Origin: Balanoglossus misakiensis | Lineage: Eukaryota; Animalia; Hemichordata | Assembly: GCA_040954595.2 (NCBI GenBank) | Contig: JBECUI020000036.1 | Span: 62,001 to 126,000, forward strand | Direction: 5' to 3' | Length of the DNA stretch: 64,000 nt | In this document: in pieces, positions 1-8,759 of the stretch | Numbering within the stretch: the stretch's first letter is position 1 | Layout: each line of letters begins with the position of its first letter | Translations under genes and position numbers: made by a program | Notes under the pieces: model-generated | Database searches by the model: none | What the model saw: only the letters and a program-made list of their open reading frames with translations | What the model was told of the DNA's origin: nothing

Positions 1-2
1 AT

Positions 3-443
3 GCTCGCTGGCTTCCCGTTGATTTGAGTCGCAGTGCCGTACCGGTAAGCGGTCAGGACATACGAGAACGCCCCGCAGCGTTCTGGCATTTCATTCCCAC
101 TGTTGTACAACCGTATTTCGTACTGAACATTGCTATCCAACTCCCCGAGGCTGCCATCCTAACAAGAAAACTTGCCGCATTATACGATACCAGCTATTGT
201 ATAACACAAAACATGCATTTAACCCGTCAACATGCAAAACGTTGTATGTTTGTTGAAGTGGCAGAAGGTAGTCGCTTAAATCGCTATTGGCATCTCCTTA
301 TCTGCAAGAAGGAAGTTGCAGACAAAACTCCTGTCCCTACCCTTATCATTGATAAGAACGATACCCCTGCAATAATACAACTGATACAAGACGAACTCCT
401 TCGTAGGTTTGAAATAAAGGTGCCGGGAAGTGATGAACAATAA
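3..443 (+). CDS. Hypothetical protein, 5'-truncated by the window edge
   Basis: Frame is open from nt 3 to TAA at 441-443. No recognisable motif. The last 74 coding nt before the final Gln codon are duplicated at 1326-1399. Confidence 0.6.
   Translation, partial: ARWLPVDLSRSAVPVSGQDIRERPAAFWHFIPTVVQPYFVLNIAIQLPEAAILTRKLAALYDTSYCITQNMHLTRQHAKRCMFVEVAEGSRLNRYWHLLICKKEVADKTPVPTLIIDKNDTPAIIQLIQDELLRRFEIKVPGSDEQ
364..437 (+). repeat. 74-bp direct repeat, copy 1
   Basis: CCCCTGCAATAATACAACTGATACAAG...GGTGCCGGGAAGTGATGAA matches 1326-1399 with one mismatch (G369/A1331). Confidence 0.97.
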
Positions 444-472
444 TTGACAAAAATAGTAAAGTGTATTATTAT
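444..472 (+). promoter_or_regulatory. Sigma70-type promoter of the UDG-like gene
   Basis: TTGACA (444-449), 17 nt, TATTAT (467-472). AAGGAG SD at 486-491 before ATG 502. Confidence 0.8.
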
Positions 473-501
473 TAGGTTTGAAATAAAGGAGTTCGAAAAT
501 T

Positions 502-1260
502 ATGAATAAAAGAATTGACGATATGCAAAAAAAATTAACAAGCTACTACGAAGCTAATGGTATTCTTTCAACAAAATTTTGCTGTAAGCATAAAAAGGAG
601 TGTAAAGGTACTTGCACCCAATCTGAATTTACAGGACCAAAATCTGCATTTGTTCCTTCGGGGTATGAGGAAGGAAAACTGCCAAGGCTTCTGTTTTTAT
701 CATTAGATTCCGGCAATGGTTCTGATAATCCTAATGATGGACTACCGGAGGCTGTAAGAAAGCAAGAGGAAGAAGACTGTAATGTGAACCAGTTACCCGA
801 AAATACACATTGGTATAGAACCCATGAATTGGCACAGTATGTTTTGAGGCGCTTTGATGAAACGATAACAATACAAGACGTCCACCGCTATTTTGCGCAT
901 GCAAACTCTGCAAAATGCTCCCAGAATAAGCAGGGCAAGAAAGAAGCAAATTGGATTTTATTCAAAAACTGCCAAGGATATTTGAAAGGTGAATTAGAAA
1001 TATTAGCACCTGATATTATTATCACTCAAGGATCAAAAGCACATAAGGCTATCGAATCAATACAGGACATCAAATACTTGGATAAATTGGATGAATCTGC
1101 TTCAATAATTGAGTTTAATAACAAACAAGTATTTTGGTTACACACATATCATCCAAGTCCCCGGAACCGGAAAAGGTTTGATCTACAACGGAATGACGGT
1201 AAAGGCTGGGAAAAGTATTCTAAATTAATATATAAGTTTGTTACAAAAAATACCGGGTAA
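502..1260 (+). CDS. Uracil-DNA glycosylase superfamily protein (atypical)
   Basis: Motifs RLLFLSLD, ANSAKC, C..YL..ELEILAPDIIITQG and C-terminal YHPSPRN; N-terminal Cys cluster. Confidence 0.75.
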   Translation: MNKRIDDMQKKLTSYYEANGILSTKFCCKHKKECKGTCTQSEFTGPKSAFVPSGYEEGKLPRLLFLSLDSGNGSDNPNDGLPEAVRKQEEEDCNVNQLPENTHWYRTHELAQYVLRRFDETITIQDVHRYFAHANSAKCSQNKQGKKEANWILFKNCQGYLKGELEILAPDIIITQGSKAHKAIESIQDIKYLDKLDESASIIEFNNKQVFWLHTYHPSPRNRKRFDLQRNDGKGWEKYSKLIYKFVTKNTG

Positions 1261-1325
1261 AACGTCTTTCTTGAAATTCCATGCCCATGTTTAATTTCTC
1301 CCGGGTAAAAAGTTAAGAAAAGCGT

Positions 1326-1399
1326 CCCCTACAATAATACAACTGATACAAGACGAACTCCTTCGTAGGTTTGAAATAAAGGTGCCGGGAAGTGATGAA
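1326..1399 (+). repeat. 74-bp direct repeat, copy 2
   Basis: 73/74 identical to 364-437, followed by an in-frame TAG. Confidence 0.97.
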
Positions 1400-1424
1400 T
1401 AGGCACCTGTCTTACGAATTATAA

Positions 1425-2039
1425 CTATTTAATATGGATTGTACCGAGAACGTTCAATTGTTTATCGGTAAGGACAATGCTTCCCTGCCCTGGGACAGCA
1501 TCCGTTATTGCCGTTATAATACTGTAATGCGTAACTAAAACGAGATTTTTCCCATTGCCTTTCCAATTCTTCACATAATTTCTCAACCGCTGTAACTGTT
1601 CTGCTTCTTTCGCCCTGTATTGACCTTGAAATGTAGAATTTAATGCGGTAAAAATTTCATAACGACCAAAGGCAAATTCTGCTGTTTGATAACATCGACA
1701 CCATTGTGAACTGAACACCTGATCAATTGGGATTGTGTATTTTTTGAAGGCTAATCCGATTCTTTTGCTTTGTTCAATTCCTTCTTTCCCCAAGACTCTT
1801 TGTTTATCACAAGAATCCAAGGTAAATCCCGGTAAATCGCCTCCCGAAATCGGCTCGCCCAAACCAGTAATATTGGCTAAAGCATGTCTAATGAGTACAA
1901 CCTTATCTCCTTGCTGCAAAAGTTCCCATACCTTGTCATTTGAAAAAACCTGAATGGGGAAGGAGATAGCTATGAAAAGAATGAGTAATTTAATTAATCC
2001 GGATGTATAAAACAATCGATTCAGTAATGAATGGCTCAT
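1425..2039 (-). CDS. Histidine phosphatase superfamily protein (SixA/Ais-like), probably exported
   Basis: LIRHA, SSQWCRCYQTA and LVTH motifs; hydrophobic N-terminal segment. Confidence 0.85.
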   Translation of the reverse strand: MSHSLLNRLFYTSGLIKLLILFIAISFPIQVFSNDKVWELLQQGDKVVLIRHALANITGLGEPISGGDLPGFTLDSCDKQRVLGKEGIEQSKRIGLAFKKYTIPIDQVFSSQWCRCYQTAEFAFGRYEIFTALNSTFQGQYRAKEAEQLQRLRNYVKNWKGNGKNLVLVTHYSIITAITDAVPGQGSIVLTDKQLNVLGTIHIK

Positions 2040-2067
2040 ATACTCTATCCTTCTATTATCTTATTAG

Positions 2068-2096
2068 ATACTACCCTGTATCTTTTGCTACGTCAA
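2068..2096 (-). promoter_or_regulatory. Sigma70-type promoter of the histidine phosphatase gene
   Basis: TTGACG, 17 nt, TAGTAT on the minus strand. Confidence 0.6.
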
Positions 2097-2100
2097 TGCG

Positions 2101-2235
2101 TTACGACCACAATAAAATTTTCCCGTCATGAGCACTACTGGCTTGTGCTTCCGTAAAGATAAAGGCTACTTGGAGCAAGCTGGAATTGTTATTATCAAAT
2201 TTTTTGGGTAATGATTTTATCGTATTATAAACCCT
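2101..2235 (-). pseudogene. Possible C-terminal remnant of a WD40-repeat protein
   Basis: Start-less frame RVYNTIKSLPKKFDNNNSSLLQVAFIFTEAQASSAHDGKILLWS* resembles a last WD40 blade (VAF...ASGS.DG.I.LW). Confidence 0.45.
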
Positions 2236-2254
2236 CTAATACGCACTGAATATA

Positions 2255-2647
2255 TTAAGACACTTTTGTTACAGTAAAAGGATTGTCTAATGTTTGTTTT
2301 CCAAACTTATCTAATATGCTCAATGGGTCATCTGCATCAATTGATTCTTTATTAATAGTTTCTTTAATTAGTGGACGATTCGGATCTGGTATTCTACTAA
2401 TGAAAAAAGGGAAAAAGTCTTTGGATCGATATATTTGCTCTTTATCAGGAAACCCGGATAATGGTTTAATTTTTTCTTGTGCTTTAAATTCTTCCGTATA
2501 TTCAAATACATATTCTTGATGTTTATTAACATATAAATAACCTATTTTCAATTTTCTATAGGAAACAACAAATTTATCATCTATCCTTCGGTGTATTTTT
2601 TTTATTTCCTTTAACCAATCAGGATATAAATTTGATAATATCCCCAT
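2255..2647 (-). CDS. HipA N-terminal-domain (HipS-like) protein
   Basis: IGYL...YVFEY, PLSGFP, FFPFFISRIPDPNRP pattern; starts 3 nt after the kinase stop. Confidence 0.75.
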   Translation of the reverse strand: MGILSNLYPDWLKEIKKIHRRIDDKFVVSYRKLKIGYLYVNKHQEYVFEYTEEFKAQEKIKPLSGFPDKEQIYRSKDFFPFFISRIPDPNRPLIKETINKESIDADDPLSILDKFGKQTLDNPFTVTKVS

Positions 2648-2650
2648 GTT

Positions 2651-3664
2651 CTACTCCTTGATACTATATGCTAATAATTTTTTAAAACGTTCTTTAAGGC
2701 ATTTTTCTACTAATAGTTTTCTTGTCTTGCTTAAAAAGTAATATTTCTTGTTTATCATTTCAATAGCTTCTTCTACTTTTTCCTTATTAATTATATCAGT
2801 AAAAGTTTTTTTTGTTAGACCATAATTATCTTTATTATTATAAATCAACTTGATTAATTCAAAATGATTTTCTTTTTTGTTTCCTTTATAACTTATTTTT
2901 GCCGTGCATTGATTAATGTATTTTTCAAATTTTGAATAATCTTTATACATTTCTAAATTTTTTTCCGGTATATTCCAAAACAACCCTCTAGCTGTGTCGT
3001 AAATGGGAGAAAACTGCGATGTATTGTTCGAACCCACAACCTTTTCAATAACCCCCCAATTATAAAAATGTCTGTCATTATTGCCTATTAAAGCATCAAA
3101 AATTAACAACTTTGTATAACTCTCAAAAATCCTTAAGTAATTCTTCGGATATTTATTTTTTAGGGCATCATAAATAAATGGTATCGTAATCAACTCTCTC
3201 GAATACCCTTTTTCTTCAACTTCTTCTAACAATTCCAGGCCGTTAACACCGAGAAATTCACTATAAATTTCTATTCCCTTAACTAATTTTTTTCCCTTTT
3301 TTAAAAAGTTCTTACTTAAAAATTTTAATTGATTAGAAAATATAGCAATAAAGGTTTCAGCCATTTCTAATTCAAGACACTTGCCTATATCGGTAAATAA
3401 TTGCTCTATAATAGATTCATTGGGATACCACTTATGCCCTGTTTTTATAATATAGACAGGAAAATTTTTTCTTCTTTGTGAAATCCCTTTTTTGTAACGG
3501 TATACTTTTGCAACTTGTTTTGGTGCGGTTCCATCTAATGAAAAATAATTCTGAACGATAATATGTTTGCGTTTAATTATTGGAAACCAATTATGATGTA
3601 TCTTATAACCAGATTCTCCTTGAATGGGTATAAATTCTATTTTATTTAATAATTTTTTTTTCAT
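2651..3664 (-). CDS. HipA-like (HipT/CtkA-type) Ser/Thr kinase toxin
   Basis: DALIGNNDRHFYNWG catalytic loop, FSPIYDTARGL motif and GTAPK P-loop-like region; very AT-rich. Confidence 0.85.
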   Translation of the reverse strand: MKKKLLNKIEFIPIQGESGYKIHHNWFPIIKRKHIIVQNYFSLDGTAPKQVAKVYRYKKGISQRRKNFPVYIIKTGHKWYPNESIIEQLFTDIGKCLELEMAETFIAIFSNQLKFLSKNFLKKGKKLVKGIEIYSEFLGVNGLELLEEVEEKGYSRELITIPFIYDALKNKYPKNYLRIFESYTKLLIFDALIGNNDRHFYNWGVIEKVVGSNNTSQFSPIYDTARGLFWNIPEKNLEMYKDYSKFEKYINQCTAKISYKGNKKENHFELIKLIYNNKDNYGLTKKTFTDIINKEKVEEAIEMINKKYYFLSKTRKLLVEKCLKERFKKLLAYSIKE

Positions 3665-3769
3665 TTTGATTCAATAAAATGAGGCCTTTTTATTGTTTAT
3701 TCCCTTCTCTTCTCACAATCAAAAAATCCGCAACCACATACTCCAGATGGTTCCCATAGTCTCCCCCAC

Positions 3770-5044
3770 CTACGGGCGGATACGCCGCCTATCACGCGGA
3801 AAGAGACTTGCCTCTTTCACGCTCTGCAATCCAAGTACCGTTTGCACGACCCTCTCGCATCCGATAGCAAACCCACCATGCGGCGGGCAGCCGTATTTGA
3901 AAATATCAAAATAATCCTGCAATGAGGACTCATCAAGACTAAATAACTCTGCCGATTTGAGCAGCTCATCGTAATTGTGTATGCGCTGCCCGCCGGTCGT
4001 TATTTCCAAGCCGCGAAAGAGTAGGTCGAAACTGCGAGTTCCCCTTTTTCCTTCGGGATGGGCATAGAAGGGGCGTTTGCGCCGAGGGAAATCATAGACA
4101 AATACTAAATCGGTATTATGCTCTTCGGCTGCCCATTCACAGAGAATCCGCTCAGCTTGCGGGTTTAATTCAAATACCGCAGTTTTGCTCCGCTGTTTTA
4201 CTATTTGCCGCGCTTCTTCATAGGATATTCGTGGTGCGTCTCGAACCTGCCCCTCATTTGGAAGGATGGCATTCCAGGCTTTTAATACGTCCCGACAATG
4301 CTCTCGGAGAGCATTAAAGATACTATTTAGCATACCTATCTCAATATCAATGAGGGTTTGCTCATTGTCAATAAATGCTATTTCAATATCAAGGGAAACA
4401 TATTCGTTCATGTGGCGTGCCGTTTCATGTTTTTCAGCGCGATATGCATGAGAAACTTCAAAGACCCGCTCGAGGCCGGAAGAAACCATTGCCTGCTTGT
4501 AGAATTGTGGGGACTGGGCAAGGTATACCTTCTTGTCGAAATAATCGACTGAAAACAATCCACTCCCACCCTCTGTTTCGGTGCCAACCAGTTTACTTGT
4601 TTTAATTTCAACAAACTCAAGAGACCGGAAATAAGAGGCAAAATATTCCATGACAACAGATTTGACCCGGAATATATCACGAATTTTCGGATTACGCAAA
4701 CTAATAATGCGATTGTCTAGGATCGTATCTAAACTGAGACCTGACGGGTCCTGATTAACAGCGATCGGGAGAGGACCGCGAGCTTCCGACAATACATCTA
4801 TAGCCTCTGCCCTCAGTTCAAAGCCACCCGGAGCTCTCTCATTTTGAACTACCAAGCCACGGATCTTTACTACAGACTCTAAGCCCGGATACCGTATACC
4901 GTCACAGACAACCTGCACCATACCACTGCGGTCACGAATAATTAGAAATGCAATGCTTCCTAACTCTCGTAGGCGATGAACCCAGCCGCATATCTCTATT
5001 TGTTTTTCCGTATGTTGAGGAGTTTCTCCAGCTAAAACACGCAT
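3770..5044 (-). CDS. aspS: Non-discriminating aspartyl-tRNA synthetase (short, archaeal-like type)
   Basis: GWVHRLR, APGGFE, LAQSPQFYKQ, SFDLLFRGLEITTGGQR, PPHGGFAIG; adjacent to gatCAB. Confidence 0.9.
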   Translation of the reverse strand: MRVLAGETPQHTEKQIEICGWVHRLRELGSIAFLIIRDRSGMVQVVCDGIRYPGLESVVKIRGLVVQNERAPGGFELRAEAIDVLSEARGPLPIAVNQDPSGLSLDTILDNRIISLRNPKIRDIFRVKSVVMEYFASYFRSLEFVEIKTSKLVGTETEGGSGLFSVDYFDKKVYLAQSPQFYKQAMVSSGLERVFEVSHAYRAEKHETARHMNEYVSLDIEIAFIDNEQTLIDIEIGMLNSIFNALREHCRDVLKAWNAILPNEGQVRDAPRISYEEARQIVKQRSKTAVFELNPQAERILCEWAAEEHNTDLVFVYDFPRRKRPFYAHPEGKRGTRSFDLLFRGLEITTGGQRIHNYDELLKSAELFSLDESSLQDYFDIFKYGCPPHGGFAIGCERVVQTVLGLQSVKEASLFPRDRRRIRP

Positions 5045-5068
5045 AGTACCATGTTAGCTTTTTTTTCA

Positions 5069-6493
5069 CTAATTTTCCAGTTCTGCTAGCTCTTTTTGCA
5101 AAATACGCGATACAATCTGCGGATCAGCATTTCCCTTACTCTGTTTCATAATCTCACCCATAAAGAAAGAGAGCATCCGACGACGGTCGGAAATATTACC
5201 TTTGTAATTTTGTATGACTGATTTGATCATTTCTGTTAGCAGTTTAGGGTCGGATACAGTCTTCCAGCCCTGCTCTTCAATGATTTGATCCGGATCCTTA
5301 TCATCAATAAAAATTAATGCTAGTACCTTTTTTGCCAGCTTACCGTGAATGGTCCCAGCCTGTAGCATTTGCAGGAGCTGTAGGGCTCTGCTGAAACGAA
5401 AGGGTGAATCTTGTAAGCGATAGTTGTGATGCCGCAGTTGTTGACGTACATCAACAGCCAACCAGTTAGCAGCACGTTTTGCATCAATGCCATTATCAAC
5501 AAGCTCTTCAAAGAACTGCGAAAATTCCTTGTCGCTGCATAAAAGGTCTGCAATATCTTCCGAAAGGTGCATCTCCCGTATAAAACGCATTTTTCGCTCC
5601 TCAGGCATTTCAATCATTGCCTGGTCTACCTGTGTAAAAAATTCGGCAGAGGGAAGAAAAATTGGCAGATCCGGTTCTCGGAAATAACGATAATCTTGTG
5701 CACTCTCCTTCTGTCTCAACTCTTCCGTCTTGTCTCTATTTTCATTCCATTGGCGGGTATGTCGCTCTATCGTCCCACCGGAACGAAGGACCTGCTCTTG
5801 CCTGCTAATCTCATACTGCAAGGATTTGCGAACAAAACGCGGACTGTTTAGGTTCTTTATCTCAACCCGGTAATCAGGTAGGGTATTATCGGGGCTAACC
5901 GAAACATTGGCATCGCATCTCATTGAACCCTTTTCCATATCACCATCACAGACCTCAAGATAGCGTACCAAACGTTGAAACTGACGGAGCATCATTTCCG
6001 CATCCGCTCCCGTCTGTAAATCAGGTTCGGTAACAATCTCCAACAAAGGCGTGCCCGTCCGATTGTAATCGCAGAGGGTTGTGCTACCAACGTGTATCAA
6101 TTTACCAGCGTCTTCCTCCAGATGAACCTCGCGTATGCGGATGGGAAGGTTCTCGCTATCTCCATCTCCCTTCCGTGCAATGACAAACTGCCCGTTTCGC
6201 CCAATCGGTTCTCCAAATTGACTTATTTGGTAGTTCTTTGGCAAATCAGGATAAAAATAGTTTTTTCGTTCCATCACTACCCGATCAGCAAGGTCGGCAT
6301 GTAATGCCCGAGCAACTACATAAGAAAGAAAAACCGCCTGCTGATTTAATACCGGCAAGGTACCCGGATAGCCCATACAAACCGGGCAAATATTCGTGTT
6401 CGGATCATCACCAAAATGATTAGAACAGGAACAAAAAATCTTTGTTCCTGTGCGTAACTGTATATGTATTTCAAGCCCGATAAATATATGCAT
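5069..6493 (-). CDS. gatB: Asp/Glu-tRNA amidotransferase subunit B
   Basis: IGLEIHIQL, RKNYFYPDLPKNYQISQ, HLEEDAGK, DYRYF. Start moved to ATG 6493, which overlaps the gatA stop (TAATG). Confidence 0.96.
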   Translation of the reverse strand: MHIFIGLEIHIQLRTGTKIFCSCSNHFGDDPNTNICPVCMGYPGTLPVLNQQAVFLSYVVARALHADLADRVVMERKNYFYPDLPKNYQISQFGEPIGRNGQFVIARKGDGDSENLPIRIREVHLEEDAGKLIHVGSTTLCDYNRTGTPLLEIVTEPDLQTGADAEMMLRQFQRLVRYLEVCDGDMEKGSMRCDANVSVSPDNTLPDYRVEIKNLNSPRFVRKSLQYEISRQEQVLRSGGTIERHTRQWNENRDKTEELRQKESAQDYRYFREPDLPIFLPSAEFFTQVDQAMIEMPEERKMRFIREMHLSEDIADLLCSDKEFSQFFEELVDNGIDAKRAANWLAVDVRQQLRHHNYRLQDSPFRFSRALQLLQMLQAGTIHGKLAKKVLALIFIDDKDPDQIIEEQGWKTVSDPKLLTEMIKSVIQNYKGNISDRRRMLSFFMGEIMKQSKGNADPQIVSRILQKELAELEN

Positions 6494-7869
6494 TACTTTC
6501 TCTCTTGAATCCATGTTACGGCACTGGGAAATGGACGTTCCACATCCTTTGCAATGCTTCGCACAATGCGACATAATTGCTTCTCGGTATGAACCGGGCC
6601 CATGAGCTGCATCCCCACCGGCAACTCATTCCTTCTCGACAGCGGAAAAGAGAGTGCCGGCATACCGGTAAGATTAGCTGGAGCAGTAAAACGATCACCA
6701 ATACGTTCCTGAAAAGGATCTAAATCACCGGGTTTAAAGGATTGGGTGGGGAATGTTGGCAATAGGATTGCATCTACTGATTGAAAGATGTTGTTATACG
6801 TTTTACGCAACATATTTCTAATGCCCATTGCCTTGGCATAATACTGATCGTAAAATCCCGATCGTAACACATATGTTCCCAGTAATATACGAAGTTTGAC
6901 CTCCGGCCCAAAGCCCGCTGAACGACTGGAGCGAACGAGAGCATCGGCATCGTTTTCAACAGACCTGGTGCCATATCGTATCCCGTCATAACGTGCAAGG
7001 TTTGCACTCGCTTCTGCTGCCGCAATAATATAGTAGGCAGTCAATCCAAGTTCCAGTCTTGGCAGGTCGACGTCCACGATGGCATTCTTGGAGCCTCTCA
7101 GTAACTCTATCGCCTCCTGATACCCCTCTCGGATAACCCGATCGCAGTCTTGCACATGGTGCAAACATATTCCAATACGAAATTCATCAGTGTCGGATGA
7201 AATGTCTTTTCGTTCGTACGAAGTTTGGTCGGATGCATCTCGTTTTGCTATACAGGAAAATACATCTTCAAGATAATCAAGCGATTCAGCCAGTATTCCT
7301 ATAACATCCAAGGAGGAGGCATATGCTACCAAGCCATACCGTGAGATCGCACCATAACTAGGCTTCAGACCGTATACGCCACAGAATGACGCCGGTTGTC
7401 GTACCGAGCCACCAGTATCGGAACCAAGCGCTACCGGTACCATTCCACCACCAACAGCTGCTGCAGAACCACCACTGGAACCTCCTGCAACCCGGTCAGA
7501 ATCCCAAGGGTTACACGTCTGTTGAAAGGCAGAGTTTGTTGTTGCAGACCCCATTGCGAACTCATCAAGATTGGTTTTACCAACTACCACCGCCCCTGCG
7601 TCCAAGAGGGATTGCACGGCAGTCGCCGTATAAGGGCTAATAAAGGATTTAAGTATTTGTGATGCACAACTTAATCGAAACCCCTCAACAGCAATGTTAT
7701 CTTTTACTGCAATCGGCAATCCGGCAAGTGGAGATGTACTCTGGGGCTCTTCCGATATGCTTATTTTCTCGGGAATGAAATCAAGAAAGGCACCTATCCG
7801 ACGATCGGTATCTCGAATATATTGTTTATATAACTCTATCGAATCCTGATTGAGTACCGATGTCCACAT
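6493..7869 (-). CDS. gatA: Asp/Glu-tRNA amidotransferase subunit A
   Basis: Amidase signature GGSSGGSAAAV, GSDTGGSVRQPA, SANLARYDG. Confidence 0.96.
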   Translation of the reverse strand: MWTSVLNQDSIELYKQYIRDTDRRIGAFLDFIPEKISISEEPQSTSPLAGLPIAVKDNIAVEGFRLSCASQILKSFISPYTATAVQSLLDAGAVVVGKTNLDEFAMGSATTNSAFQQTCNPWDSDRVAGGSSGGSAAAVGGGMVPVALGSDTGGSVRQPASFCGVYGLKPSYGAISRYGLVAYASSLDVIGILAESLDYLEDVFSCIAKRDASDQTSYERKDISSDTDEFRIGICLHHVQDCDRVIREGYQEAIELLRGSKNAIVDVDLPRLELGLTAYYIIAAAEASANLARYDGIRYGTRSVENDADALVRSSRSAGFGPEVKLRILLGTYVLRSGFYDQYYAKAMGIRNMLRKTYNNIFQSVDAILLPTFPTQSFKPGDLDPFQERIGDRFTAPANLTGMPALSFPLSRRNELPVGMQLMGPVHTEKQLCRIVRSIAKDVERPFPSAVTWIQERK

Positions 7870-7878
7870 ACAATGTTC

Positions 7879-8145
7879 CTATAAAATATTGGGAAGAAGG
7901 ATAAAGCCATCCTCATGCTCATCGGCATTGTCGACAAGATCTGCCGACACTCCATCACGAGGAATATCAGAGCGGAGTTCCTTACTCTCTTGCCGGTAAG
8001 CATCTAATTCTGATAGTTCCAGCTCATCAATCACCTTAAAATAGTCTAATAATCGAGAGACCGCAGCCGCACTTTGCTTAATCTCTTCATCACTTAAAGC
8101 AAGGTGCGCGAGTTCTGCTGTAATTCGAATTTCCTGGTTATCCAT
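7879..8145 (-). CDS. gatC: Asp/Glu-tRNA amidotransferase subunit C
   Basis: AELAHLAL, LRSD.P, DGFILLPNIL; directly upstream of gatA. Confidence 0.9.
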   Translation of the reverse strand: MDNQEIRITAELAHLALSDEEIKQSAAAVSRLLDYFKVIDELELSELDAYRQESKELRSDIPRDGVSADLVDNADEHEDGFILLPNIL

Positions 8146-8151
8146 ATCTTT

Positions 8152-8180
8152 TTTATAAACCGCTATACATTCATTGTCAA
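8152..8180 (-). promoter_or_regulatory. Promoter of gatC, leaderless geometry
   Basis: TTGACA, 17 nt, TATAAA, 6 nt, ATG(8145); no SD. Confidence 0.7.
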
Positions 8181-8210
8181 GACCCGAAGATCTTCGCCCC
8201 TGTTTACTGT

Positions 8211-8759
8211 TTACATGCGCACTCTCAGCTCATGAATGACCTTATCAATGTTGACCCCTTCAAACTCCAATAAGACAAGGAGATGATACAAAAGATCAGC
8301 CGCCTCCGACTGCATGGCTGCTTTCTCAGTAGCGAGAGCAAGTTCAACAGCCTCTTCTGCAACCTTTTTACGGATTTTTTCACCCCCTTCAGAAAAAAGA
8401 TACGCAGTATAACTTCCTTCCGGCATCTCGCGGTGTCGTTTTGCAATAATATCTGCCAACGTTCCCAAAACGTTGTTTTGCAAAACACTATCATTGTCGG
8501 AAAGAGTTGATACATCAGGCTTGCTTGGTTCCTGTTGATCCTCTGATGACGATAAAATGATATGGGCCTCATACCAGCCATTGCCGGCAAGAATGCGTTC
8601 TAGCTGATGTTCGACCTTGTAGGGGAGTAAGCGATCGCTTTCAGGATGAAGATACCAAAGACAGTTCTCCTCAAGACTCTTTTTATACCCCTTTTCATTC
8701 GTACGAACAACATTATGAATCCTTGCTTCTGCAAAGATAACCAGTGGGTATATTACCAT
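8211..8759 (-). CDS. hisE: Phosphoribosyl-ATP diphosphatase with degenerate HisI-like N-terminus
   Basis: SYTAYLF, KKVAEEAVE, EAADLLYHLLVLL. Confidence 0.9.
   Translation of the reverse strand: MVIYPLVIFAEARIHNVVRTNEKGYKKSLEENCLWYLHPESDRLLPYKVEHQLERILAGNGWYEAHIILSSSEDQQEPSKPDVSTLSDNDSVLQNNVLGTLADIIAKRHREMPEGSYTAYLFSEGGEKIRKKVAEEAVELALATEKAAMQSEAADLLYHLLVLLEFEGVNIDKVIHELRVRM

Noticed and set aside
1253-1325. attC-like integron site after the UDG-like gene
   Set aside because: Only an imperfect inverted repeat; the RYYYAAC/GTTRRRY boxes are not met and no integrase is present.
1425-3664. Histidine phosphatase as the antidote to the HipA-like kinase
   Set aside because: It has a signal-like N-terminus and its own promoter, and is separated from the kinase pair by a remnant.
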